Positions 23,779 through 31,667 of a DNA stretch of 64,000 nucleotides are shown here, one piece after another. The notes beneath the pieces were generated by a model that saw nothing but the letters and a program-made list of their open reading frames with translations, was not told where the DNA came from and ran no database searches. Both the position numbers and the translations under genes were made by a program. The stretch is taken from contig JAKFBU010000004.1 of assembly GCA_036676985.1 (NCBI GenBank), positions 64,001 through 128,000 on the forward strand, in the 5' to 3' direction. Origin of the DNA: Candidatus Sericytochromatia bacterium. GTDB taxonomy: Bacteria; Cyanobacteriota; Sericytochromatia; S15B-MN24; UBA4093. Each line of letters opens with the position of its first letter. The first letter of the stretch is position 1.

Positions 23779-25202
23779 CCGAACGAATTGCCCGAGAACG
23801 GGCGACGCTGGGTCTCCTGGAACCACATGGACGGGATGGGGGTCGAGAAGTCGGTCCACTGGCGCGGGCTCTCGGCCGACGGCGCGAGGCCATTGACCGT
23901 CTGGCGCCAGACCTGGGCCTGGGCCTTGGCCAGGTTGGTGCTGAAGCTCTTCAGGTACGCGATCTGGGTGCCCGTCTGGCTCCAGGTGGGGCTGCTCTCG
24001 AAGATGCCGAAGGAGGTCTCCGACCGGTTGAGGAGCTGGCCCGAGCCGGCGTTCTTCGTCACGTCCTGGACGTAGACGCGCTGGTAGCGCTGCGAGTCCG
24101 ATTGGGCGTCCATGACGGGGCCATGCCGGGTGTAGGCGATGGCAAGGCCGTCCGCCCGCCAGTGGGGCTCGAAGGCGTAGTCGCGCGCGTCCGAGAGGTC
24201 CGTGAGCTGCTTGAGGTAGCGCCCGTCGGGGATGTTGAACAGGAAGAGGTTCCAGGCGGCGAGGTTGCTGCCGCTGTTCGTGTCCCCGATGTTGTTCATC
24301 TGGGCGCTGACGACCATGGTCGAGACCCGGTCCTGCTGGAGGCTGGGGTTCCAGGCCGGGAAGCGCTCGTTGACGGCCGTGTTGGTCACGCGGGTGGGCG
24401 TGTTGCCCTCACCCGTCGAGACGCGGTAGATGTCGAAGTTGCCGGCTCGATCCGAGACGAAGGCGAGCTCCTGGGAGCCGGGGCTCCAGCTGGGATCGAG
24501 GTTGAAGCCGGTGTTGTCGCTCGGGTTGACGACGGTCTGGACGCGGCCCCGGGCATCGACCGTGCGGATGGCCGAGACGGGCGAGGTCGGCGAATAGTCC
24601 ACGTAGGCGATCATGCGGCCGTCCGGCGAGACGGTGGGCTGGGCGCCCTTGACTGTGACGCCGTTCTCGTTCTTGAGGGGGCGCGAGTTGGCCACCTGGA
24701 AGCCGTTGTCGTCGGTCGAGACGAGCATGATGTCGCCGTAGCCGTTGTCGTCCGCGTTCTGGACGTAGCTGATGGTGGTGCCGCCCAGGTTGACCGTCAG
24801 GACCTCGCGCTTGGTGTTGGTGCCATCATCGACCATGATGGTGATGCGATCGCCCATGACCAGGTCGCCGCCGCTGTTGGGGGACTTGGAGGTGAAGGGC
24901 GCGTAGTAGGTGAGGGTCTTGGACTCGGTGTAGCGATCCGGGTAGACGCGGCCCCGCTCGGCGACCGCCAGGTAGCGGAGGGTGCGACCCGGCATGGTGC
25001 TGGCCTCGATGGTCAGGCGCGTCGATTGGCCCACGGCCAGGGACGGGTTGTCGAGGTTCGCGGTGACCAGGAAGTCAGTCGGCCAAGGGCAACCGGCAAC
25101 CAGCGAGGCCGTGGCCGCTAGAGCGACGGCGAGGCCCAGTTTGAGTGGCGAACGCTTCGTAACCACCTGGTTGCTCCTTTTCAAGTCCCGATCCCCGATC
25201 AA
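23769..25202 (-). CDS. Lipoprotein with TolB/PD40 beta-propeller repeats
   Basis: Lipobox LVAGC; repeats PTVSPDG, PSWSPGS, PAWNP, PHWRADG, PTWSQTG; start uncertain. Confidence 0.8.
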   Translation of the reverse strand: MIGDRDLKRSNQVVTKRSPLKLGLAVALAATASLVAGCPWPTDFLVTANLDNPSLAVGQSTRLTIEASTMPGRTLRYLAVAERGRVYPDRYTESKTLTYYAPFTSKSPNSGGDLVMGDRITIMVDDGTNTKREVLTVNLGGTTISYVQNADDNGYGDIMLVSTDDNGFQVANSRPLKNENGVTVKGAQPTVSPDGRMIAYVDYSPTSPVSAIRTVDARGRVQTVVNPSDNTGFNLDPSWSPGSQELAFVSDRAGNFDIYRVSTGEGNTPTRVTNTAVNERFPAWNPSLQQDRVSTMVVSAQMNNIGDTNSGSNLAAWNLFLFNIPDGRYLKQLTDLSDARDYAFEPHWRADGLAIAYTRHGPVMDAQSDSQRYQRVYVQDVTKNAGSGQLLNRSETSFGIFESSPTWSQTGTQIAYLKSFSTNLAKAQAQVWRQTVNGLAPSAESPRQWTDFSTPIPSMWFQETQRRPFSGNSFGWH

Positions 25203-25909
25203 CGCGTGGCCGGTATCGTTTTCATACCCACCGGGGGCTGGCCGGAAACCCCACCGATCGGCACTTCGCGCAGCCCCAGGGCTTTTCGGATGCCCTGCAG
25301 GGGGCCGATCTGCTGCGGGGTGAGGGGGTGCGCTCCGCCGAGCTGATGTGCGATCAGCGCCACCTTCGCCGTCTGCTCGACCGTCTCCATGCGGTAGTAG
25401 GCCTCGAAGAGGTCGCGGCCCACGGTGACGACGCCGTGGTGGTCGAGGATGCAGCAGTCGTAAGTGGCGATCAGCGAGCGGATCGAGTCGGCGACCTCGG
25501 GGGTGCCGGGCGTGGCGTAGGCGGCCGTGGGGATGGAGCCCACCGTGAGCACCACCTCGGTGAGGATGGGCTGGGCCAGGGAGACGCCCGCCACCGAGAA
25601 GGCCGTGGCCGTGGGTGGGTGGGCGTGGACGATGGCCATGGCATCCGGGCGCACGGCGTAGACCGCCGCATGCATGCCGAACTCGCTGGAGGGCTTGAGG
25701 GTGCCCGCGAGCTTCTTGCCGTCGAGATCGACCACCACGAGCTGGTCGGGCGTGAGGTAGCCCTTGCAGACGCCCGACGGAGTGGTCAGGAAGCGGTTGG
25801 GACCGACGCGGCAGCTGACGTTGCCGTCCATGGCCACGATGAGCTCGCGCTCGTAGAGGCGGCGGCAGACTTCGATGAGCTGTTTGCGGAGTTCGAATTC
25901 GTTAGGCAT
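25199..25909 (-). CDS. Class II aldolase/adducin family (fuculose-phosphate aldolase-like)
   Basis: DGNVS, TPSG, PSSEFGMH, VHAHP, HHG zinc motifs; ATG 25909 after GGAGG. Confidence 0.9.
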   Translation of the reverse strand: MPNEFELRKQLIEVCRRLYERELIVAMDGNVSCRVGPNRFLTTPSGVCKGYLTPDQLVVVDLDGKKLAGTLKPSSEFGMHAAVYAVRPDAMAIVHAHPPTATAFSVAGVSLAQPILTEVVLTVGSIPTAAYATPGTPEVADSIRSLIATYDCCILDHHGVVTVGRDLFEAYYRMETVEQTAKVALIAHQLGGAHPLTPQQIGPLQGIRKALGLREVPIGGVSGQPPVGMKTIPATR

Positions 25910-26044
25910 GCCTCCATTGTAGGCGACGAGGCGCTTCATAGCTAGATCGGAAGCCTCGGGGCCGGGATCCGGCCGTCTGGTGAGACGGGGGCGTGGATGC
26001 GTGGACCCTCGCGCCGGGTATAGCACCCCTTGGCAGGAGGTTTC

Positions 26045-26965
26045 GTGCTGCAGACGGACATCGTGGCGCGGCTGGCCGAAGAGGCCGATTACCCGCGTCT
26101 TCTCGACATCTTGCGCCAGGGCTGGCCCGGCTCCAACGGCTACCACTCGTCGGTGGCCGACCGGTGGGCCAAGGATTGGCCGGCCATGCTCAAGGACTTC
26201 GACGCCCACGTGCTGGTGGAGGCCGATGGGGTGCTCGTGGGCTTCGCGGGCGTCCAGTTTCACGAGATCTCCTATACGGGCGGGCTCAAACGCGCCCTGG
26301 CGGATCACTTCCTGTCGCAGGCCTGGCCGATGCCGGAGGCGCTGGCCCTGCTCGTGCGGGGCCTCGCACCGTGGGCCCGGGAGCAGGGGGCGGCGCGCCT
26401 GACGTTCAACATGGAGCCCGGCGAGTATCCGGAGCTCGAGGCCTTGCGGGCAGAGGGCATGTTCGCCGAGCGGGCGGCCATGTTCACCTTCGACTTTCCG
26501 GACGAGCCTTTGGATGCGCGGGTGCGGCTCATGCGCCCCGAGGAGCGGCCGCAGGTGGCCGAGATGGGAGCGCGCATCGCGGAGTTCCTGTCGGGGTTCC
26601 GTGGGTCGCTGTGCGCGCTCTCGTTCGAGGAGCTGGTTCGGCTGACGGACAAGGCGTACCAGGACTACGGGGCCACGCGGGAGCATCGGTTCTTCGTGGC
26701 TGAGCGGGACGGGCGGATCGTGGGGTTCTGCTTCACCGTGCGCGAGGCCCCGGACGGGGGGCTGATCTACGACCTCTACGTGGATCCCGCGTACCGGCGG
26801 CAGGGGATCTCGCGGCAGCTGTACGTTCAGGCGTGTTCCTGGCTTCGGCAGGAGGGGGCGCAGTGGCTCACGCTGTCCGTGTTCGTGGATAACGAGCCGG
26901 CGTACAAGGCGTACGAGCAGTGGGGGTTCTTTCCATACTTCGTGGCCTGGGAACTAAACCTTTAA
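26045..26965 (+). CDS. Tandem GNAT acetyltransferase
   Basis: LYVDPAYRRQGIS, NEPAYKAYEQWGF; AGGAGG before GTG. Confidence 0.8.
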   Translation: MLQTDIVARLAEEADYPRLLDILRQGWPGSNGYHSSVADRWAKDWPAMLKDFDAHVLVEADGVLVGFAGVQFHEISYTGGLKRALADHFLSQAWPMPEALALLVRGLAPWAREQGAARLTFNMEPGEYPELEALRAEGMFAERAAMFTFDFPDEPLDARVRLMRPEERPQVAEMGARIAEFLSGFRGSLCALSFEELVRLTDKAYQDYGATREHRFFVAERDGRIVGFCFTVREAPDGGLIYDLYVDPAYRRQGISRQLYVQACSWLRQEGAQWLTLSVFVDNEPAYKAYEQWGFFPYFVAWELNL

Positions 26966-26968
26966 TTC

Positions 26969-27055
26969 GGACAGGCACAGAGGCCTGTCCCACCCATGTG
27001 TCCCATCTACCCATTAGATTCGAAGGGTGCAGTGGGACAGGCCTCCGTGCCTGTC
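26969..27055. repeat. Inverted pair of REP-like palindromes (REPIN-like)
   Basis: GACAGGCACAGAGGCCTGTCCCAC and its reverse complement at 27032-27055 (one mismatch). Confidence 0.7.
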
Positions 27056-27062
27056 AGGTGAC

Positions 27063-27725
27063 CTAGAAGGTCAGCCGCATGCCCGCGATGCTGTTGCCGA
27101 AGAGCGTGGCCTCCAGCCCCCAGAACTTGAAGGCCGCCTCGGGCAAGAGCTGCATCACCGGCAGGTAGATGGTGTGATCCGGCGTCTCGATGGTGAGCGT
27201 CCGGCCGTCATTCGGCGCCCAGCTGGACGAGCCGAACATCCAGGGCAGGCCGCCGTTGCGATCCGCGCCCACGAAGTAGGTGAGGCCGATGGGATAGCGC
27301 AGGATGAACCAGTTGGTGAGCGGCAGGGACAGCAACAGGTAGCCCGTGGCGGCGGCTTGCGAGCCCACCGTGCTCGGGAGGTCGCCCACCCGGGAGTCGG
27401 CCAGCCCATCCACGTGGGAGTTGGGCACGCTCAGACGGCCGCCGATCGCCAGGTTCCAGCCGTCGTGCTTGCCGATCAGGCGCTGGGTGGCGTGGACGCC
27501 AAAGCCGCTCCAGGCGGTGCCGGGGTAGTAGTCGCGGGCGTCGACGCCGATGGTCAGGTGGTCGGTGAGCCCCAGATCGACCGAGAAGGCGCCCGGATCG
27601 ACGCCGATGCCGAGGTGGCCGGCGGTGATGTCGCTGCGAGGGCCGCTGCCGGCGAGGGCCGGCAACGCGCTGCCCAGGAAAAGGGTGGCGGAGAGCAGGG
27701 CTCCGAGGGCGAACTGGCGGCTCAT
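27063..27725 (-). CDS. Exported, probable outer-membrane hypothetical protein
   Basis: Signal peptide (ALPALA), beta-strand pattern, terminal Phe; AAGGAG RBS. Confidence 0.65.
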   Translation of the reverse strand: MSRQFALGALLSATLFLGSALPALAGSGPRSDITAGHLGIGVDPGAFSVDLGLTDHLTIGVDARDYYPGTAWSGFGVHATQRLIGKHDGWNLAIGGRLSVPNSHVDGLADSRVGDLPSTVGSQAAATGYLLLSLPLTNWFILRYPIGLTYFVGADRNGGLPWMFGSSSWAPNDGRTLTIETPDHTIYLPVMQLLPEAAFKFWGLEATLFGNSIAGMRLTF

Positions 27726-27821
27726 CGTGATGCTCCTTTCGATCGAGCGGGGCTGAGTATCACGATAAGAGGGAGCGATCACATGATCGCTCACATGGGA
27801 GGACTAACGGGAAAATGGCTG

Positions 27822-27965
27822 AGGAGGACCCCCCCCAGCCCCCCCTCTAGAGGGGGGGAAGCTCTTGGGAAGGGAAGTTACACCCAAGATCCTAAGGAGT
27901 AGCCTTGCTTTCCACCCTCCCATGATCCTTACCCCCCTCTAGAGGGGGGCTGGGGGGGGTCTCCT
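27822..27965. repeat. MITE-like element with about 35-40 bp near-perfect terminal inverted repeats
   Basis: GACCCCCCCCAGCCCCCCCTCTAGAGGGGGGGAAG versus CTTACCCCCCTCTAGAGGGGGGCTGGGGGGGGTC; same architecture as 735-922. Confidence 0.8.
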
Positions 27966-27981
27966 TATTCCAAAAAGGAAT

Positions 27982-28260
27982 CTACGGAACGATCGTCTCG
28001 CCGACCATGTCGACGATGCCGAGCACGGCCGCATGCACGGGGGCCTTGCTGTCCCCGTAAGCCATGAGCGCCGAGCCGCCCTCCTTGACCGCGAGCACCG
28101 TCGCGCCCACGCCCGCCTGGAGCTTGTCCACTGCGAGGAACGGCGCACCCTTCGGCGTCAGATCGTCACCCAGGGGCTGCAACATGAGGACCTTGGCGCC
28201 CTCCAGCCGCTCGTGCTTGAGCGTCGAGTTCATGGTCCCGATGACCTTGGCGAGCAGCAT
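27982..28260 (-). CDS. BMC vertex pentamer (BMC-P, EutN/CcmL family)
   Basis: MLLAKVIGT..STLKHERLEG, AVDKLQAGVG, VLGIVD. Confidence 0.9.
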   Translation of the reverse strand: MLLAKVIGTMNSTLKHERLEGAKVLMLQPLGDDLTPKGAPFLAVDKLQAGVGATVLAVKEGGSALMAYGDSKAPVHAAVLGIVDMVGETIVP

Positions 28261-28263
28261 GGC

Positions 28264-28581
28264 CTAGCCCTCCTTCGCGGCGGTCTGGACGCCGTGCAAC
28301 TCGGCGAGGACCTCCAGGTCCACGTCGTAGCGATCGACGATGCCCACGATGCCCGCATCCACCGGAGCGAAGGCGACGGGCAGGGCCAGGGTCGCCTCGC
28401 GGCCCATCACGCAGAAGCCCAGCTCCCCCACGCCGATGCCGATGGAGTCCGTGGCCACCACCGGGTCGCCCTTGCCCTCACCCTTCTCGTCGAGGGGCTG
28501 GACGATCATGAGCTTGACCCCGTGCAGCGAGGGATCCTTCTCCGTGGCGACCAGGGTGCCGATGACCTTGCCGATGAACAC
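28264..28581 (-). CDS. BMC vertex pentamer (BMC-P, EutN/CcmL family)
   Basis: GKVIGTLVATEK, ATDSIGIGVGE, PVDAGIVGIVD. Confidence 0.92.
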   Translation of the reverse strand: MFIGKVIGTLVATEKDPSLHGVKLMIVQPLDEKGEGKGDPVVATDSIGIGVGELGFCVMGREATLALPVAFAPVDAGIVGIVDRYDVDLEVLAELHGVQTAAKEG

Positions 28582-28594
28582 TGGAGCGCTCCTT

Positions 28595-29149
28595 TTAGAA
28601 CACGAAGTGGTTGAGGTCCTCGTGGGGGTTCGCGATGAGGGCCGTCCGGCACAGCATGGCGCCCGGGATGACGTCGCAGGCGTCCTCCAAGGCAGCCTCC
28701 ATGTCCTCGAGGACCCCGGTGAAGGTGAGGAAGGACTTGCCCCCCAGCCCGAAAGGCGCCCGGATCTCGATCAGCTGGACCGGGGCCGTCTTGACCGCCT
28801 TGTCCGCCGCCGCGATCGCACTCGGCAACGAGAAGGTCTCGATGATGCCCAGGCTGTCGAAGGCCGACACGTCCGCCACGCCGTTCAGCGCGGGGGCGAT
28901 CTGCGGGTCGAGGTTGGGGATGAGGATCTGGTCGAGCAGGGTGTCGGCCGCAAGCTCCACGGCGACCTCGAAGGACTCCTGGACCGAGGCCACGTCTCCC
29001 GAGAAGAGCAATAGGAACTTGCCGGGGCTCGTCGTCTGGGCGCGAACGATGCGAATGGGCGCCTTCTTGGCGATCGCATCGGCCACCACGTAGCCCATGG
29101 CGATGGAGCTGAGTTCGAGCAGGCCTATCGCCGGGTGCTGCATCTCCAT
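28595..29149 (-). CDS. BMC-T shell protein, PduT-like
   Basis: AIGLLELSSIAMG..ADAIAK, SPGKF, second domain LGIIET..AADKAVK, GLGGK. Confidence 0.9.
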   Translation of the reverse strand: MEMQHPAIGLLELSSIAMGYVVADAIAKKAPIRIVRAQTTSPGKFLLLFSGDVASVQESFEVAVELAADTLLDQILIPNLDPQIAPALNGVADVSAFDSLGIIETFSLPSAIAAADKAVKTAPVQLIEIRAPFGLGGKSFLTFTGVLEDMEAALEDACDVIPGAMLCRTALIANPHEDLNHFVF

Positions 29150-30463
29150 TTAGCCGATCTCCTCGATGACGATCGCCTCGCCAAGCGATTTTACCACGCC
29201 CGCGATGCCCGCATATACGGGTGCGGCCTGAGAATCGGGCGCCGGCCGCGCGACCAGGTGGCCCACCGAGACGCGATCGCCCAGTCGAACCGCCGGGACC
29301 AAGGCCAGTTCAGGCCCTTGAGGCAACGAAAGCTCGATCCGGCGCACCCGCACCTCGCTCGTGTCCAAGGGAGCGACATAGTCGACGCCGTAGAGCCCCA
29401 ACCGCTTCGCCAGCCGGCCGAGGGGCACGCGCCATGCCGTCCGCGGGCCGGCTACTTGCCGGCGCGGCAGGACGGCGTGCCCGAGCGAGGCCTGGACCGC
29501 CTTCACTTCCTGGATGAGCGTGCCGGGCGCAAGCTCCGAGGGGCAGGCGTAGTAGGTGCAGAGTTGGCAGCCCGTGCAGTCGAGCGTGCTCGCGAGCACC
29601 GCCACGGGCGCGTCGAACGGCACGTGCAGGGCGCGCATGACCCGGTGCGGCTCCAGGGAGCCGCCCGCCTGATATACGGGGCAGAGGTCCGTGCAGCGCC
29701 GGCAGGAGTGGCAGGCGCTCTGCGCCCGCCGCAGCTCAACGCGCCGGGGCACGGAGCGCCGCCGGACCAGGAGGTGGTCGGTGGGCAGCACGGCGATGGT
29801 TCCCGTCTGGTGCGTCACATGGCCCTCGAAGCCGGTCGCGAGGTGGCCGCGCAGGGGCCCGCCCACCAACAAGGAGGCCGGGCCCTCGAAGGCAGGACCG
29901 CCCGCCGCCTCGACGAGGCTCTCGAAGGGGGTGCCGACCGGAGCCCAGAGGGTCTTCGGCGCGCGCACCGCACCTGTCACGGTGACCAGGCGCCGCGTCA
30001 CCTTCTGGCCGCGGTGGGCGCCCGCCACCTGGTAGAGGCTCATGGCGTTCAGGAGCACGGTGCTCTCGGGGTCGGCCTCGAGCATGCCGAGAAGCGTCAG
30101 GGCGTCGCCCGCCGGATAGAGGGAGGGCAGCTCGTGCACCTGCACGTGGAACTTGGCGAAGCCGTCCGACCCGATGGCCTTTTCGAGGGCCTGCATGGCC
30201 TCGCGGTCCGCGCGCTTGACGGCCACGACGCCGCGCTTGGCGCCGGTCGCCTGCATGGCGAGCTTGAGGCCGAGGACGACCTCGTCGGCATGATGGATCA
30301 GGAGCTGGGTCTCGACCCGCACCAGGGGCTCGGCGGCCGCTGCGTTCACCACGACCAGGTCCGCGGTGCGGGCGAGCATGCGGTGGACGGGCTCCGCGGC
30401 GTCGCCGTCCACGAGGCCCGCCTCGCGAATCTTGTCCAGCAGCGCCTGCGTCAGGGCCGTCAT
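29150..30463 (-). CDS. PduS/RnfC-like Fe-S protein (divergent)
   Basis: YPAGD, SLBB TVTGAV..P.GTP, VGGPLRG, CHSCRRCTDLCP, CTGCQLCTYYACP, C-terminal sandwich domain. Confidence 0.82.
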   Translation of the reverse strand: MTALTQALLDKIREAGLVDGDAAEPVHRMLARTADLVVVNAAAAEPLVRVETQLLIHHADEVVLGLKLAMQATGAKRGVVAVKRADREAMQALEKAIGSDGFAKFHVQVHELPSLYPAGDALTLLGMLEADPESTVLLNAMSLYQVAGAHRGQKVTRRLVTVTGAVRAPKTLWAPVGTPFESLVEAAGGPAFEGPASLLVGGPLRGHLATGFEGHVTHQTGTIAVLPTDHLLVRRRSVPRRVELRRAQSACHSCRRCTDLCPVYQAGGSLEPHRVMRALHVPFDAPVAVLASTLDCTGCQLCTYYACPSELAPGTLIQEVKAVQASLGHAVLPRRQVAGPRTAWRVPLGRLAKRLGLYGVDYVAPLDTSEVRVRRIELSLPQGPELALVPAVRLGDRVSVGHLVARPAPDSQAAPVYAGIAGVVKSLGEAIVIEEIG

Positions 30464-31245
30464 AGGCCGAGTCTCGCCCAGACCGGGCCGAGGGGCTCGG
30501 AGGCCATGCCTACCGACTCGTAGATGCGGCGCGAGGGCGTGTTGCTCACCTGGGTCGTGAGGCCGAGGCTCGTCGCCCCCGCCTGACCGGCCGCGAAGAC
30601 GGCCTCCTGGAAGAGGATCCGGCCCCAGCCCTGCCGCTGGCGGTCGGGGTGCACGCCCACCGCGCCCAGGTGATAGCAGGGGCCCAGGGGCTGCAGGATG
30701 CTGAAGCCGAAGATCCCGTCCGCGTCCTCGGCCACCTTGACGATGGAGAGGCCGTCGAGGTGGACCGTCATCTCGTTGCGGCCGCGCTGGTAGGGGATTG
30801 GAAAGGAGGCATGATCGAGCGCCAGGAGGGCATCGAGATCGCCCATGGTGGCCCGGCGGATGGCCGGATGGTCCGAACCCGCCTGCAGGGGGTCCATGAG
30901 GTAGTAGAGGAGCTCGTCGACGCGCCCGAAGCCGTAGGGCTCGAGCATGTGGCCCTCGGAGCCCTTGACCACGATGGCGGGTCGGGGGCCGACGACGGCC
31001 AGGAGGCGGGGCAGCTCGCGGTCGAGGGCCTCGGCGAGGGCGCTCTTATCCCGGCCTGCCATGTAGAGGTCCACCAGGTGCTCGTGCACCGGCAGCGCCA
31101 CCAGCATGGCGTCGTCGCCGACGTAGGCATGGCCCGGGTGCTCGCGGGCCGTGGCCTCCATCCAGCCGACCGTACGCGGACCGGCCGTCCCCCCCGCATG
31201 CGGGAGCGACTGCCAGCGCTCGGCAAAGGTCACTTGGTTCGCCAT
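30460..31245 (-). CDS. GNAT acetyltransferase inside the BMC operon
   Basis: VGVHPDRQRQGWG, NTPSRRIYESVG; overlaps both neighbours. Confidence 0.8.
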   Translation of the reverse strand: MANQVTFAERWQSLPHAGGTAGPRTVGWMEATAREHPGHAYVGDDAMLVALPVHEHLVDLYMAGRDKSALAEALDRELPRLLAVVGPRPAIVVKGSEGHMLEPYGFGRVDELLYYLMDPLQAGSDHPAIRRATMGDLDALLALDHASFPIPYQRGRNEMTVHLDGLSIVKVAEDADGIFGFSILQPLGPCYHLGAVGVHPDRQRQGWGRILFQEAVFAAGQAGATSLGLTTQVSNTPSRRIYESVGMASEPLGPVWARLGL

Positions 31246-31664
31246 CCGGACGTCACCACGAACTCGATCGTCTCCAGCACCCAGCGGATGAAACCCTTAC
31301 CCTTGGTCTGGGAGACGAGTACCCGCTGCATCTCGACTCCGTCCAACCACGTGCCCCCGCACCGCGGACACACGTCCACCGCCGCCTCGCCCAGCTGCTT
31401 GGGGCGCGCCCGGCGGAGCGCGACGTCACAGGAGGGGCACTGGGCGGCCCGGCTGACCTGGACAGCCGGGATGCGCAGCTGGGTGTAGTGGTTGGCCACG
31501 TACTCCAGCGTGGGCGATTTGAGGAATTCCGCGAGCTCCCCCCGCTGGAACCAATGCCCCATGCACGCGGGGCAACGGTCCACGGCCGTGGCCCCGAGGT
31601 AGGTTCCTTCCAGGTAGGCGTCCTCGCAGCGGGGGCAACGCCCGTGGCTTTCCAGCAAAGGCAT
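31230..31664 (-). CDS. Double zinc-ribbon protein (zf-TFIIB-like)
   Basis: CPRC..VDRCPACMGHWFQRGEL and CPSC..VDVCPRCGGTWLDGVEM. Confidence 0.82.
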   Translation of the reverse strand: MPLLESHGRCPRCEDAYLEGTYLGATAVDRCPACMGHWFQRGELAEFLKSPTLEYVANHYTQLRIPAVQVSRAAQCPSCDVALRRARPKQLGEAAVDVCPRCGGTWLDGVEMQRVLVSQTKGKGFIRWVLETIEFVVTSGWRTK

Positions 31665-31667
31665 CGC

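Noticed and set aside
25910-26686. N-terminal extension of the 495-aa ORF containing the aldolase
   Set aside because: It runs antisense to the GNAT gene; the ATG at 25909 with a GGAGG RBS is the credible start
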